A DNA stretch of 64,000 nt from Alphaproteobacteria bacterium (GCA_015062385.1 SUUT01000001.1:38619-102618); one strand, 5' to 3'. Shown: positions 27,516 through 38,967, numbered from the stretch's first letter. Notes: generated by a model from the sequence alone, not told the origin. Translations and numbers: made by a program.

Positions 27516-28406
27516 TTACACTCTCTGTCTGTCTTTTGCCAACAAGACAGGTTGTTGTGCCGATGAAACAATAACTTTTTCAACAAATAAAACACCGGCA
27601 TTTGCCCCAATCGGTTGGTCGGTTTCATCCGTTAAAACTGATTCGGTTTCATGATAATAACTATCCCCAACAAGATAAGCATTTCGATCCTGATACGGAT
27701 TGACAACTTCAACCGAAACAGTACTTTCGCTTGGAACAATGGCTTGAAATGCTTTATCACACGTTAAATCATTTGACATTGCCTGTACGGTACTCATCCG
27801 CCAAGAAGATTCATCCGGTATCGGCAAAATAGCTTCCGGTCCGGTATAATTACAGGCATTAACCGCCTGTTCGCCCAATTTTGTGGCAATCATTAATCCA
27901 CCCCGTATTTCTTTATGATGTTGTTCTTTATCCTGCCAATTAATTTTTAATCGGGTTAAATTGGCAAACGGTTTCAATATTACCTCATTAAAAAACGTAT
28001 AATGAGATATTTTATTCCGAAAAGAACTTGTCACTTCCAATGGATTAATTACCTGATGTACAGCATTTTTCAAACGTTTCGGGATATCGACAATACATCC
28101 GATTTGATTGGATAATGCCCCAATGTGCCCGCAATTTAATCCAAACACCATCGGGGCCTTATTGCACAAGGAAAGTTTGCCGATTTCATAAGCTATCCGT
28201 AACGCCCGCAAACATGCCCCATCTCCACCAACAGCAATAAACTGATTTATGTGTCCATATTGTGCCAAACGGGAAGTTGAAATAAAACTATTCTGAAACG
28301 GCACATCAATAATCTGTCCGTTTATAACAGACAGCAATTCCGCCGTTAAAACCCAAGCCTTGGGATTAGGACTGACAATTATGCCGATTGTTTCCGTCGT
28401 TTCCAT
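27516..28406 (-). CDS. nadK: NAD kinase (ATP-NAD / polyphosphate kinase family)
   Basis: AVGGDGACLRAL is a GGDG motif, and the 296-aa length fits. Confidence 0.65.
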   Translation of the reverse strand: METTETIGIIVSPNPKAWVLTAELLSVINGQIIDVPFQNSFISTSRLAQYGHINQFIAVGGDGACLRALRIAYEIGKLSLCNKAPMVFGLNCGHIGALSNQIGCIVDIPKRLKNAVHQVINPLEVTSSFRNKISHYTFFNEVILKPFANLTRLKINWQDKEQHHKEIRGGLMIATKLGEQAVNACNYTGPEAILPIPDESSWRMSTVQAMSNDLTCDKAFQAIVPSESTVSVEVVNPYQDRNAYLVGDSYYHETESVLTDETDQPIGANAGVLFVEKVIVSSAQQPVLLAKDRQRV

Positions 28407-28497
28407 AAAAACTCCTTATCGGAAAAGTATATCACAAAAATATCTTTCCGTCAAACATCAACAAAAAAACGACATAATATAAGCAACTTATTAAAAA

Positions 28498-29487
28498 TTA
28501 ATTCTCATTCTTACCCGCAAAAAACATCAAAACCCGAAAATACCGATTAAGAAACAAAAATGACTTTATTCGATTAAACAAATTCATCCGTTTCGGAACA
28601 TATATCCCTTTTTCCCGCAATGATTGTAAAATCGGACGATACTTTTCCCAACTTTCCAAACAGGCTGATTTATCCATTTGTTTTGCCAAATGTAAACAGG
28701 TTTTTAAACAAATTGTTGCCCCTTTTTTCTGTATTTCTCGCCGTGTTTTTTGTTTTAGTGGTTTATTTTCAAAAAATAAAGACATCAGCTCAACGCATTT
28801 TAAATGATCATCTACTTTTTTATGCGTTATTTCCGATCGAGTTAATGATCCCATCCGTTGACGAATATAAATTAAACTCAACGGAACATAAGCTGCCGTT
28901 TGACAGTGATACATCACTTTGACACAAAAAATCCTATCTTCCATAATATTGATATTTGTCGGAAATTCAATCCCGTCCAAAATATCCCGCCGATACAGCT
29001 TATTCCAAACCGTCACACCGGCCGATAATTTGGCACGGATAAACGAATCGAAAACATCCGTATAAACAATATGCCGAATCGGATTGGAATGATTTTCTGT
29101 TTTTATACCTCTTTGTTCTTGCGGAATTTCCTGAAAATCACACCACACAAGCGGTACGTTTTCTTCTTGTGCAACACGAGTTAATACGGATAAAAACTGC
29201 GGATGATATGCATCATCACTATCCAAAAACGCAATATATTTGCCTTGTGCCACCGCCAATGCGTTATTACGAGCAACGGAGCAACCTTTATTCTTTTGCG
29301 TTAAAATACGAATACGGGAATCTTTTTGTGCATATTGATTCAAAATATCAATACTTTTATCGGTAGAACCATCATCAACACATAACACTTCAAAATCCGA
29401 AAATGTTTGATTAAGAACACTGTCCAAACAATCCGGCAAAAAAGAAGCCACATTATAAACGGGAATAATAATTGATACAAACGGCAT
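28498..29487 (-). CDS. Family 2 glycosyltransferase
   Basis: SIIIPVYNVASFLPDCLDSVLNQTFSDFEVLCVDDGSTD. Confidence 0.8.
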   Translation of the reverse strand: MPFVSIIIPVYNVASFLPDCLDSVLNQTFSDFEVLCVDDGSTDKSIDILNQYAQKDSRIRILTQKNKGCSVARNNALAVAQGKYIAFLDSDDAYHPQFLSVLTRVAQEENVPLVWCDFQEIPQEQRGIKTENHSNPIRHIVYTDVFDSFIRAKLSAGVTVWNKLYRRDILDGIEFPTNINIMEDRIFCVKVMYHCQTAAYVPLSLIYIRQRMGSLTRSEITHKKVDDHLKCVELMSLFFENKPLKQKTRREIQKKGATICLKTCLHLAKQMDKSACLESWEKYRPILQSLREKGIYVPKRMNLFNRIKSFLFLNRYFRVLMFFAGKNEN

Positions 29488-29674
29488 TTGTTTTCCTTTA
29501 AATCAAAAATACTTCTTTTCCCCTGATACAAAGAAATAACTGAACCTCATTTAGAAACTTTTAAATTTAAATTCAAGAGTTCTCCCGATTTTATTTATCA
29601 TATAACAATGTCTTTTAACTGTCAACGAAAAAAAAGAGCGTAAAAAAACGCTCTTTTTTCAGATAGTAAACGTA

Positions 29675-31381
29675 TTAATCGGATAATTTATGCAAATATC
29701 GTTTTGCCATTTTAACGGCATTTTGGTAATTGCTGGCAATGGAAATGGTTTTCCAATTTAATTTATCTCTTAAAAACGTATTATGCAAAATCCGGCGGGG
29801 CTGTTTTTTAACATTACACAAAATAACTTTTGTATCATTTTTTTCCAGTTTGTGAATAAATTCAACAATCAAATTAGCCCCGCTTGCATCTACAAGAGGA
29901 ACTTGTCCCATACGCAAAATAAGCACTTTCGGTGTCACACGCAAATGATTGAAGAAATTTGAAATTTCATTTACACCACCAAAAAACAACGGTCCGGAAA
30001 CCCGTAAAGCAATAACCCCTTTTTCCGTTAAATGCTCGGGCAAACTTTCTCCGCCAAAAATTTCTTCGGACATTTTTTCTTCCGTTTCAATTTCAATTTC
30101 ATGACTCATCCGATGCATAAAGATAACAGCAGCCATAACAAATCCGACTGAAATAGCTGTATTTAAATCAACAAAAACCGTTAATAATAAAGTGACAATC
30201 AGTGTGTTTCTGTCTCCGGATTGAGCCCCAAGTAATTTATAAATTTTATCCAATCCCAACATATTCCATCCGATTAAAATCAACACAACCGCCAAACAGG
30301 CAAGCGGAATATATTGTGCAACACCGGCTAATACCGCCATAAATATCAATAAAAAGACCGATTGCATAACACCCGATATCGGCGAATAGGCTTTTGCCTT
30401 ATAATTGGTTGCCGTACGAGCAATGGCTCCGGTTGCAGGAATGCCCATAAAACAAGCAGACCCGATATTGGCAATGCCTTGTGCTATCAGTTCTACGTTT
30501 GAATTGTGGTTATCCCCGCTCATCCCATCCACAACTTTGGCACTCAATAAGGATTCGACACCTGCCAAAAAAGCAATGGTTAACGCACTAGGTAACATTT
30601 TACCAATCAATGCCGGATTAAAAACATCTAATGACGGCATTGGCAAAGAATGGGGTAAAGCTCCAAATTGCGAACCGATTGTATCAACGGGTAATTTAAA
30701 AATAACAACGGCCAATGTTGCTCCAACAACACTGATTAAATAAACGGGACTTTTCGGAAAAAACTTTTTACAAATAAAAATTAAACTCAAAGATAAAACC
30801 GTAATGGCAACAGCATACCAATTAAGTGTTGTTAAATGCGTAAAATACGATTCCCATTTCGGCAAGAATTCCGCAGGAACTTTTTCAATCGTTAAACCAA
30901 ACAAATCTTTGATTTGAGTTGAAATTAAGATGATACCGATACCCGTTGTAAAACCGGTCACAACCGGATACGGAATATATTTGATATATGTTCCCAATTT
31001 ACAAATACCGGCAACAATCAAAATCAATCCGGCCATAACCATTGTTGTTAATAATGCCGGATAACCATATTGATTAACGATACCGAAAATAATAATCACA
31101 AAAGCCCCTGTCGGTCCGCCAATTTGATAACGGGAACCACCCAACAACGCAATTAAAAAACCGGCAATAACCGCTGTATATAATCCTTGTGCCGGCGAAA
31201 CACCCGAGGCAATCGCCAACGCCATTGCCAACGGAATGGAAACCACCGAAACGGTTAATGCGGCAATGCAATCTCGCTTAAATTCCGTTAATGTGTATTT
31301 TTTACGCAAAACTTCTACAATTTTAGGGGTAAAATGCTTCTTGCAGGAAGCGAATAAATCTTTCCAACTGACGTATCTCAT
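29675..31381 (-). CDS. SulP-family anion transporter with a C-terminal STAS domain. The start is probably MRYVSW at 31381.
   Basis: ALTVSVVSIPLAMALAIASG is typical of a SulP N-terminus, and the STAS region is VIALRVSGPLFFG. AAGAAGG lies upstream of the 31381 ATG. Confidence 0.8.
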   Translation of the reverse strand: MRYVSWKDLFASCKKHFTPKIVEVLRKKYTLTEFKRDCIAALTVSVVSIPLAMALAIASGVSPAQGLYTAVIAGFLIALLGGSRYQIGGPTGAFVIIIFGIVNQYGYPALLTTMVMAGLILIVAGICKLGTYIKYIPYPVVTGFTTGIGIILISTQIKDLFGLTIEKVPAEFLPKWESYFTHLTTLNWYAVAITVLSLSLIFICKKFFPKSPVYLISVVGATLAVVIFKLPVDTIGSQFGALPHSLPMPSLDVFNPALIGKMLPSALTIAFLAGVESLLSAKVVDGMSGDNHNSNVELIAQGIANIGSACFMGIPATGAIARTATNYKAKAYSPISGVMQSVFLLIFMAVLAGVAQYIPLACLAVVLILIGWNMLGLDKIYKLLGAQSGDRNTLIVTLLLTVFVDLNTAISVGFVMAAVIFMHRMSHEIEIETEEKMSEEIFGGESLPEHLTEKGVIALRVSGPLFFGGVNEISNFFNHLRVTPKVLILRMGQVPLVDASGANLIVEFIHKLEKNDTKVILCNVKKQPRRILHNTFLRDKLNWKTISIASNYQNAVKMAKRYLHKLSD

Positions 31382-31562
31382 AACAACCTTCTTTGAATGA
31401 TATTTTATAAATAATTTTAAGGTAAAGAAAAATACATCCATTTATATGCTTCGTCAATCCCTTTTTGCAAAAAAAAATAATTTTTTTTAAAATTTTTATT
31501 GACAATACTTTCGGAATAAATTAGACTTTCCTTATTGAGAATAATTACTGATAAGAGGATAT

Positions 31563-31955
31563 ATGTTTAGAAATACAAAACAGAAAAGTTTGATTTTAGA
31601 GGCGACAAAAAATCTTTGTCATCCAACAGCACATCAAATTTATCTGTACGTTAAAAACAAATGTCCCTCAATCAGCAAAGGAACCGTTTATCGGGGATTG
31701 GATTCACTAATTCAAGCCGGAATGGTTCATCATATTGCTATTCCGAATGGAGCCGACTGTTTTGATTGGAACTGCATACGGCACTACCATTTGGTTTGTC
31801 AAAAGTGTGGACAAGTTGTTGATGTAAACACCCCCTATCAAAATCAGTTTGATGCGGGAGAAACGGAAAATATGTTTATTCAAAACCACACCATACTTTT
31901 TTACGGGGAATGTCCCGATTGTTATCAACAAGGAAAAAAGGAAAACAAACAATGA
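31563..31955 (+). CDS. Fur-family metalloregulator. The rubrerythrin partner suggests it is PerR-like.
   Basis: [21 protein letters not shown]...[14 protein letters not shown] with a C-terminal CPDC. Confidence 0.75.
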   Translation: MFRNTKQKSLILEATKNLCHPTAHQIYLYVKNKCPSISKGTVYRGLDSLIQAGMVHHIAIPNGADCFDWNCIRHYHLVCQKCGQVVDVNTPYQNQFDAGETENMFIQNHTILFYGECPDCYQQGKKENKQ

Positions 31956-32500
31956 CAACACCATCATTAAAAGGTACAAAAACAGAAGAAAATTTAAAAA
32001 TTGCATTTGCCGGCGAATCACAAGCACGCAATAAATATACGTATTATGCTTCAAAAGCACGCAAAGACGGTTATGTACAAATTGCAAAAATCTTTGAAGA
32101 AACAGCAGCCAACGAAAAAGAACATGCTGAAATCTGGTTCAAATTATTGCATGACGGACAAATTCCGTCAACAGCCGAAAATTTGGCTGATGCTGCTGCC
32201 GGTGAAAATTATGAATGGACAGATATGTATGCCGGCATGGCAAAAACAGCCCGTGAAGAAGGATTTGTTCGTATTGCCGGTTTATTTGAAATGGTTGCAA
32301 AAATTGAAAAAGAACATGAAGAACGCTATCGCAAATTATTGCACAATGTTGAAAACGGATTGGTTTTCTCCCGTGAAGGCGATATGATTTGGCAATGTTC
32401 CAACTGTGGTCACATTGTAATCGGCAAAAAAGCACCGGAAGTTTGTCCGGTTTGCGATCATGCAAAAGCATACTTTATGATTAAAGCCGAAAACTATTAA
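31952..32500 (+). CDS. rbr: Rubrerythrin
   Basis: Ferritin-like diiron motifs ([14 protein letters not shown] repeated) plus a C-terminal rubredoxin CSNCGH...CPVCDH. The start is MTTPSLKG. Confidence 0.85.
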   Translation: MTTPSLKGTKTEENLKIAFAGESQARNKYTYYASKARKDGYVQIAKIFEETAANEKEHAEIWFKLLHDGQIPSTAENLADAAAGENYEWTDMYAGMAKTAREEGFVRIAGLFEMVAKIEKEHEERYRKLLHNVENGLVFSREGDMIWQCSNCGHIVIGKKAPEVCPVCDHAKAYFMIKAENY

Positions 32501-32698
32501 TTCCGGCAATAATCAACCAAGAAACACCTGTTTTATATAAATACATCCCCAGAAATCGTATTTTGTAAAACAGGTGCTTTTTTATATCACAATCCGACAA
32601 TCTAAACAGCGACAATTTCAATAAAATGATTATAAAAACAAAACAGTTATGCCCGATACAGCAGTCAAAAACAGTATTCATTATCAATTAATAAACAT

Positions 32699-33982
32699 TT
32701 ATGATACTTTTCGGCTTTTTATTTGTTCCAGCTTTTTTAATTGGACAATACTGAATACAAAAAGAAAAATAGACACGCCAAATAACATACACCAACTGGT
32801 TATATCATGTTCCGCCTGATTGGAAATCTGTTTAAAAACACTCAAACAAAAACCACCCGAAATTGCTCCGATTGCCCCTAAAAAAGAAATACCGGCACCG
32901 GTTAGCGAAAGATAAACACTACCCAACCGTTTCGGAACATACAATAACGATAAATTATTAACACCTAAAGAAAATCCTGCGGTACCGATTCCCATCAGAA
33001 CATAAGAACAAATTAAAATCATCCACATAACAAGCGGATTTAAATAACCGACATTTAAAATCAAAAATCCGATAATACTAATCACAAACGCCGGCACTGT
33101 TATATACAAAATACGTTTAGCCCCCTGCTTATCACTCCAAATCCCCAATGTTTTCATAACAAAAATGTAAGCAATTTGAGAAAGAACCGTTAATATCAGA
33201 ATAGAGGACATTTGCAATTTTAATTTTTCTAACAAAAAGACTGTAAAAAACGGCAAAACAAAATTGACGCTTAAATTTAAACAGCCCAAAATCCACACAA
33301 ACAAAATAAACGGCTTTTGTTTTAAGCAATGCATCAGTTTATGTAAAAAAGGTGTTTTTCTGTAAAATTTCAACGGAACGTCCTCTATAACAACCGAAGT
33401 ATATGCTCCATAAATCCCTATCCCAAAAGCCAACAATAACAAAATCGAATAAGCATAAATTTCATAAGCCGGATAATAAAATTGAAAAAACTTTAAAAGA
33501 AAATAAGAAAAGCCGAAACAAAAAATTTTGGCAATCATCATATATTTAAAGCGATTCGCAAAAAAACGCCCCATAATCGGAACAGGAATCAATGCTCTCA
33601 TCCAAGGACGCCAAGCTCCACCGACCATATTGCCAATTCCATAGAGTCCTCCCAAAAAGATAACCAATACAATCGGGGTCCACGATTTTCCGGCATAAAA
33701 AACCAACAATGATGCCAACAATAAAAACGGACGTGCAAAAAAGGAACAAACAACAGATATTTTTTTTACGGAAAATCCTTTTTCCAGTAAAAATGCAACA
33801 AACAAGTGCATTAAATTACTTAAATATGGAATAGCTGCCAAGAAACCGATTGTCATATCCCCTGCCCCCAATAACAATGCATATGCCGTTATTAAAGTAC
33901 CGGTTGCAAACGTATCCATTGCCGATTGAGCAATCCCACCATAACAAACATAATTTAAAGACGTTCTAAGTGTTGATTTCAT
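32699..33982 (-). CDS. MFS-type transporter (12 TM helices)
   Basis: 427-aa polytopic protein with MFS topology. Confidence 0.6.
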   Translation of the reverse strand: MKSTLRTSLNYVCYGGIAQSAMDTFATGTLITAYALLLGAGDMTIGFLAAIPYLSNLMHLFVAFLLEKGFSVKKISVVCSFFARPFLLLASLLVFYAGKSWTPIVLVIFLGGLYGIGNMVGGAWRPWMRALIPVPIMGRFFANRFKYMMIAKIFCFGFSYFLLKFFQFYYPAYEIYAYSILLLLAFGIGIYGAYTSVVIEDVPLKFYRKTPFLHKLMHCLKQKPFILFVWILGCLNLSVNFVLPFFTVFLLEKLKLQMSSILILTVLSQIAYIFVMKTLGIWSDKQGAKRILYITVPAFVISIIGFLILNVGYLNPLVMWMILICSYVLMGIGTAGFSLGVNNLSLLYVPKRLGSVYLSLTGAGISFLGAIGAISGGFCLSVFKQISNQAEHDITSWCMLFGVSIFLFVFSIVQLKKLEQIKSRKVS

Positions 33983-33985
33983 ATT

Positions 33986-34690
33986 TTATTCGTTAGATGA
34001 TCCGGTACGACGGATAGCATAACATCTCATGAAAGTTTTAACGGATTTTTCCCGTAACGCTTCTTCTTCCGTTTCTTTGTTTTGTGATGCATCTTGCATT
34101 AAATCCGTTGGAAACAAACCACATTCATCCGTTAAGCACTTTTGTAATTTCGGCAATCGAATAAATACTTTTTGTCCGTCCGGCAATTCAAAATCCATTG
34201 TTGTCCGATACGGCACATACGCCAATACACAATCCATACAACGATGAATGGCTTTATGAACGCCTTGCGAAAGCAACAACAAATTATCAAAAGAATTTTT
34301 TCCGCCCAAACTTATCGGTTGCAAGTGATGAATCTCAAAACCCTGCGGAATAATATTCTGACGGGCTTTTTGAATATCATCTTCCGACAAAACATCATCC
34401 AAAGGTCCTTTTCTTCCCTCTTTGTGTGCCAAATTATTCTGATGTGCCAAAAATCCCATTAGCGGATGAGTCGGTACTTCTTTTGCTCCGCCTTTTTTCT
34501 TTTGATACGTTTGCTTATATAATTTTCGGGCTTTTGCCGTTTCTGCCGGAGGCAAACGATAAACTTCAACAAGATCGGTTTCCAATCCGGCAGCAAAATT
34601 AAACGAAAAGATTTTATTTCCATTCTTATCCGTTTCCACACTTAAAAAACGCTCGTGTTTTTTAGAAAGCCCCATACCGATATCCTCCAT
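33986..34690 (-). CDS. HNH-motif protein (hypothetical)
   Basis: EIHHLQPISLGGKNSFDNLLLLSQGVHKAIHR. Confidence 0.5.
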   Translation of the reverse strand: MEDIGMGLSKKHERFLSVETDKNGNKIFSFNFAAGLETDLVEVYRLPPAETAKARKLYKQTYQKKKGGAKEVPTHPLMGFLAHQNNLAHKEGRKGPLDDVLSEDDIQKARQNIIPQGFEIHHLQPISLGGKNSFDNLLLLSQGVHKAIHRCMDCVLAYVPYRTTMDFELPDGQKVFIRLPKLQKCLTDECGLFPTDLMQDASQNKETEEEALREKSVKTFMRCYAIRRTGSSNE

Positions 34691-34824
34691 ATCCTAAAAG
34701 TTATATTAGTATAACATTTTTTACGTTTTTCAGCAAGAACTTTTCCCTACCAACAAAATTTATTTTACAGAAAATCACAACCTGTTAAATAATAGAAATA
34801 AAAATCTATACACCGTTAAAATAT

Positions 34825-35535
34825 TTATTTAATCGGATTTAATCCGCCAAAACGACGCTGTCTTTTCTGATAAGACTCTAACGCTTTATCAAATTCCGAT
34901 TCGTTAAAATCAGGCCAATAAACCGGCGTAAAATACAATTCGGCATAAGCCAATTCCCATAGTAAAAAATTACTGATTCGTTCTTCTCCACTGGTACGAA
35001 TAACCAAATCCGGCTCAATAATTCCGGCAGTCGATAACGAATCAGAAATCGTTTTTCCCGTAATATCTGTTGGCAACAGATGCCCTTGTTGAACACGTTC
35101 CGCTATTTTTTGAACAGCGAAAACAATATCATCTCTTGCCCCATAACTTAAAGCCAAAACAACGTGAAACGCCGTTAAATTTTTTGTTTCAGCTTCAATT
35201 TTATCCATTTGTTCTTTTATATCCAAAGCAAATTTTTGACGATTCCCGATAAAAGAAATCCGAATTCCCTGTTTAATAAGCTCTTGAACATCATTTTTTA
35301 AATAGGAGCGAAACAAATCCATCAATGTATCAACTTCTTCTTTCGGACGGTTCCAGTTTTCGGAAGAAAAAGCAAATAACGTTACCACAGAAACACCTTT
35401 TTCCCGTGCATATTTTAATATATTCTTTAACGTTTCCGCCCCTTTTTTATGCCCTGCCGTTCGGGGCAATCCCCTCTGTTTTGCCCAACGACCATTGCCA
35501 TCCATAATAATTGCGATATGTTGTGGTATTGTCAT
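34825..35535 (-). CDS. uppS: Undecaprenyl diphosphate synthase
   Basis: HIAIIMDGNGRWAKQRGLPRTAGHKKG ... ELYFT. Confidence 0.9.
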   Translation of the reverse strand: MTIPQHIAIIMDGNGRWAKQRGLPRTAGHKKGAETLKNILKYAREKGVSVVTLFAFSSENWNRPKEEVDTLMDLFRSYLKNDVQELIKQGIRISFIGNRQKFALDIKEQMDKIEAETKNLTAFHVVLALSYGARDDIVFAVQKIAERVQQGHLLPTDITGKTISDSLSTAGIIEPDLVIRTSGEERISNFLLWELAYAELYFTPVYWPDFNESEFDKALESYQKRQRRFGGLNPIK

Positions 35536-35661
35536 TTGTTATCCTTTCTATTTTTTGTCAGCATAAAGCAAAAAAAAATCAGGTGCAAGTTTTTTATATA
35601 AAAAAAGTCTTTTAATGTCCAAACATCAAAAGACTTTATTAAATTATCACATCTCTTTTAT

Positions 35662-36297
35662 TTAAGCAGTCCGCATATAGGGTTTCAAATCCATTTCTTT
35701 GCCCAAATTCATAGATGGATGTTTTTGAGCCGATTGAATCAATATGGGTAAAGATTTTTTTTCAAAAATCATTTGTGTTGAACCGGAAAGCCCCTGTAAA
35801 GACGGATTAGATACATATCCCATTTGACGCAACATTGAAATTCGTATATTGTCTAACGGATTGACCTTTACAATCAAATTAGAAGACATATTATTTTGCA
35901 TCAATAATTTTTCAGTTAAACGCAAAACCTCGGCCGTACAATTTTTTTCAACTGCACAGACCTGCATAATTTCAACCTGCTTATCATTGATTGGTCGAAT
36001 AATAACCATACCAACACAATCTCCGCTTTCCTTTTCATAAGCAAAATAAGTTGCTTTTGACCCGATTTTCCATAAAGCTTCATCATATTGAACTTGGGCA
36101 ACCAATTCCGGAATGGTCTGACCGGAAACAATCATCTCTTTTGCAGGATAATAATGAACATTTTGAGCAATTAAGTTTTGTAAAAATGAAGCTTTTGCCC
36201 GCAATCCCTTTAACGGCACATTGTTTTGATGCATTTGATGACTTAACACAAGAGATGAATCATTAATTTCGATTGATTCCGGAAATTTCTTTTTCAT
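35662..36297 (-). CDS. Hypothetical protein (211 aa)
   Basis: ORF only. Confidence 0.4.
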   Translation of the reverse strand: MKKKFPESIEINDSSLVLSHQMHQNNVPLKGLRAKASFLQNLIAQNVHYYPAKEMIVSGQTIPELVAQVQYDEALWKIGSKATYFAYEKESGDCVGMVIIRPINDKQVEIMQVCAVEKNCTAEVLRLTEKLLMQNNMSSNLIVKVNPLDNIRISMLRQMGYVSNPSLQGLSGSTQMIFEKKSLPILIQSAQKHPSMNLGKEMDLKPYMRTA

Positions 36298-36733
36298 AAT
36301 AAACCTTTCTATACTGTAAATAAACTAAATTTTGTAAAATAACGCTGTAAAATAAAAAATCTAAATGAATAACGCCCTAGCGGGCAAAATAAAAACACCA
36401 TCCCCCCAAGGGGAAATAATAAAATCGAAAATAAAAAGAGATAAAAGAAAATAAAGACATTGAATTAAAAACCTGATACTGTTGAAACGAAAAACAAAAA
36501 AACTAAATCTTTGTAAATCGATAGGTACCAAAGTTTCTAAAATAATAAAACACAGCAAAACACCGTTTTAAAAACGTGTTTACAAAAAATAAAATCTGTG
36601 TCTGTGTATTTGTCATATATTGAAAATACGCCGAACAAATTTAAAAGTCAAGAGCTATTTAAAATTTTTTTTAAATTTGATAAAATAAAAAAAAGAAAAT
36701 ACGCCAACAACACCGATAATTTTCTAATCATAA

Positions 36734-36766
36734 AAAAACGCCTTGCATCCAGCAAAGCGTTTTTTT
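36734..36766. terminator. Bidirectional intrinsic terminator
   Basis: aaaaaaacgccttgc-atccag-caaagcgtttttttg. It lies 20 bp beyond the stop of the 36787..37896 gene. Confidence 0.55.
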
Positions 36767-36786
36767 GAATATCAGGAAACAGAATA

Positions 36787-37896
36787 TTATAATTTTGTTC
36801 GACAATCATCTCCGCCCCAACCGGATATGCATTCACACCACGTTTCGCCGTTGATTTCTCGTAAAATACCGGTACTCTCATAATCATAAAGCTTTCCACA
36901 GGGTTTGGCATTTTCATCTCGTTCATCGCAATACTGTCCCGTATATCCATCATAGCACATACATTGTCCGTATCCATATGGTGTTCCGTTCCCATTACAT
37001 TCCGCTTTCTCAGATGTTTTATATTCACAGAAATTCCCCCAATAACCTCCTCCACAAGAACATCCATTTCCTTTTGCAGACCCATTTTGCCATCCATAAC
37101 CGCCCGTCTCATTACAAACATCAGTTATCCCATCGCCAAATTCACAATGTTCACCCCAATAGCCTCTTTTACATAATTCACAAACACAACGATTGTATTT
37201 ATCTACGTATACCAGTGAACCATGTCCATTACAATACTTTTCATTTGTACAATCTGAATCTGTAAAGCAATTACCGGCAGCATCCTGTGTTTTATAGCCC
37301 AATGAGGTATCACACCGATTACATAATTTTCCTGTATATCCTGTATCACAGATACAAGAATCCCCCTCTAATCTGCCATGCATTCCGCAATTTAATAATG
37401 TCGGTGTATCTTCTTCCGGCGTTTCTTCTTCCGTATTTCCGGAATCATCCGTATATTCAACGCTTTCGCCCGTCAAATCATTTTTAATCGTATAAATAAT
37501 TGCCCCACATATTTCTGCTGTTTCTCCCTCTACACGAATCGTATCCACCAATTTCATTTCTACCTGCTTTAATTGATTACAATCTTCTTTCGGCACATTT
37601 AATACCGATACTTCAAAATAATCGGCATATCCAACTGCCTGGTAGGCATATCCCATTCTTAACGTTGCATTTTCTTCACTTAATATTTCGCCTTCACTCA
37701 TCTCTTCCAATCTCTGAATTTTTAAACCCGTATCATAGGCAATAATATTTAACTCGTTGACGATTTCATTCACACGATATTTCATCATGCCGAATTTATA
37801 TCCCATAATACCGCCAACACTTAATACACCGATAACGGCTAAAACACCTAACATTTCTACCATACTTCGACCAGTTTCGTTGATTTTAGTTTGCAT
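36787..37896 (-). CDS. Prepilin-leader protein with a tandem EGF-like ectodomain
   Basis: MQTKINETGRSMVEMLGVLAVIGVLSVGG leader. At least 5 CxCxxGYxGxxC motifs follow (CICDTGYTGKLC, CSCGGGYWGNFC, CMCYDGYTGQYC, CECISGWGGDDC). Confidence 0.7.
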   Translation of the reverse strand: MQTKINETGRSMVEMLGVLAVIGVLSVGGIMGYKFGMMKYRVNEIVNELNIIAYDTGLKIQRLEEMSEGEILSEENATLRMGYAYQAVGYADYFEVSVLNVPKEDCNQLKQVEMKLVDTIRVEGETAEICGAIIYTIKNDLTGESVEYTDDSGNTEEETPEEDTPTLLNCGMHGRLEGDSCICDTGYTGKLCNRCDTSLGYKTQDAAGNCFTDSDCTNEKYCNGHGSLVYVDKYNRCVCELCKRGYWGEHCEFGDGITDVCNETGGYGWQNGSAKGNGCSCGGGYWGNFCEYKTSEKAECNGNGTPYGYGQCMCYDGYTGQYCDERDENAKPCGKLYDYESTGILREINGETWCECISGWGGDDCRTKL

Positions 37897-37940
37897 ATTC
37901 TTCTCCCTTTTTACAGTTGCTCATATATACATACTGTAAT

Positions 37941-38088
37941 AAAAGGGACCTTTTTTTCCCGCTTCAAATGACGAAAATCGGATTTTTGAGAAAACAAAAG
38001 ATTATTGTTTTAGTTGAATTATTTAGTTAAAATCAAAAAAAATCCCAAAATGTGAAAAAAAGTGTTGCAATGATACGTCCCTTTTTTT
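37941..38088 (-). promoter_or_regulatory. Conserved 150-bp upstream element, copy 3 of 4 (termini AAAAGGGAC / GTCCCTTTTTTT)
   Basis: 44 bp upstream of the start at 37896. Confidence 0.7.
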
Positions 38089-38171
38089 ACGGATAATAGC
38101 CGGTATAATCAGCAAATAAAATTAAAAACGGATAAATATTTTCTCGAATATGCCTCTATTTTTTTATCAAT

Positions 38172-38200
38172 TTGACAAAAACCGCATACAGTGTTATACT
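38172..38200 (+). promoter_or_regulatory. Sigma70 consensus promoter TTGACA-N17-TATACT for the 38260 gene, with a G7 tract in the 5' UTR
   Basis: TTGACA at 38172-38177, a 17-bp spacer and TATACT at 38195-38200. GGGGGGG lies at 38212-38218. Confidence 0.55.
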
Positions 38201-38259
38201 TTAAAAAGAAAGGGGGGGATTTTGTTTGCAAAAAAAATAGGGCAAACAAATAAAGGTAG

Positions 38260-38883
38260 ATGAAGAAAATAATTTTTATTGATTGGTATGAAACTTATTC
38301 TTTCAGTAAAATTTGGGGACATTTGGAAACCGAAAATCCATCCCTGTATCATCAAATGCAACATTTAATCTTTAATAATTCTGCTCTTGTAAATGACTGG
38401 ATGCGAGGCAATACTCGTTTTTGTAATATTTGTCATTATTTAGAAGAAAACGGTATTAATCGACTGACAACTCAAACAGAATTTATGCGGGGATTATCTT
38501 TAATACAACCGGCATCTCCCTTATTTTTACCGATTTTAATGAGTTTAAAATCCAAAGGATACCAATTATACATCGCAACGGATAATTTTGATATTTTTGG
38601 AGCATATATGTACCCATATGCACATTTAGAACAAGTATTTAACGGCTATATTTCTTCAGCAGAAGAAGGGGTTTTAAAGGAAGATTTAGGGGCAGACGGA
38701 AAGCCGGTCTTTTTTAAAAATTTCCTTATTAAAAACAAATTAACCTACAAAGACTGCATTTTAATTGATAATGATCCCTCAATAACGGCATTGTACAAAT
38801 CTTGCGGGATGGCAACATTTACACCTCAAACACCGAGTGAAACCGTTTCTGCCCTGCATTTAATCCTTAAAAATCAATTATAA
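38260..38883 (+). CDS. Hypothetical protein (207 aa)
   Basis: ORF with a strong promoter. Confidence 0.5.
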   Translation: MKKIIFIDWYETYSFSKIWGHLETENPSLYHQMQHLIFNNSALVNDWMRGNTRFCNICHYLEENGINRLTTQTEFMRGLSLIQPASPLFLPILMSLKSKGYQLYIATDNFDIFGAYMYPYAHLEQVFNGYISSAEEGVLKEDLGADGKPVFFKNFLIKNKLTYKDCILIDNDPSITALYKSCGMATFTPQTPSETVSALHLILKNQL

Positions 38884-38967
38884 TAAAGAACGTCTTTATC
38901 GTTAACTTTCAAAAAAACCATTGATACACATCTTACATCTAAAATAAAAAAATAAGGAAATAACAAT

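Noticed and set aside
33986-34690. HNH protein as part of a restriction or defense system
   Set aside because: It is isolated between an MFS transporter and uppS, with no methyltransferase or partner genes.
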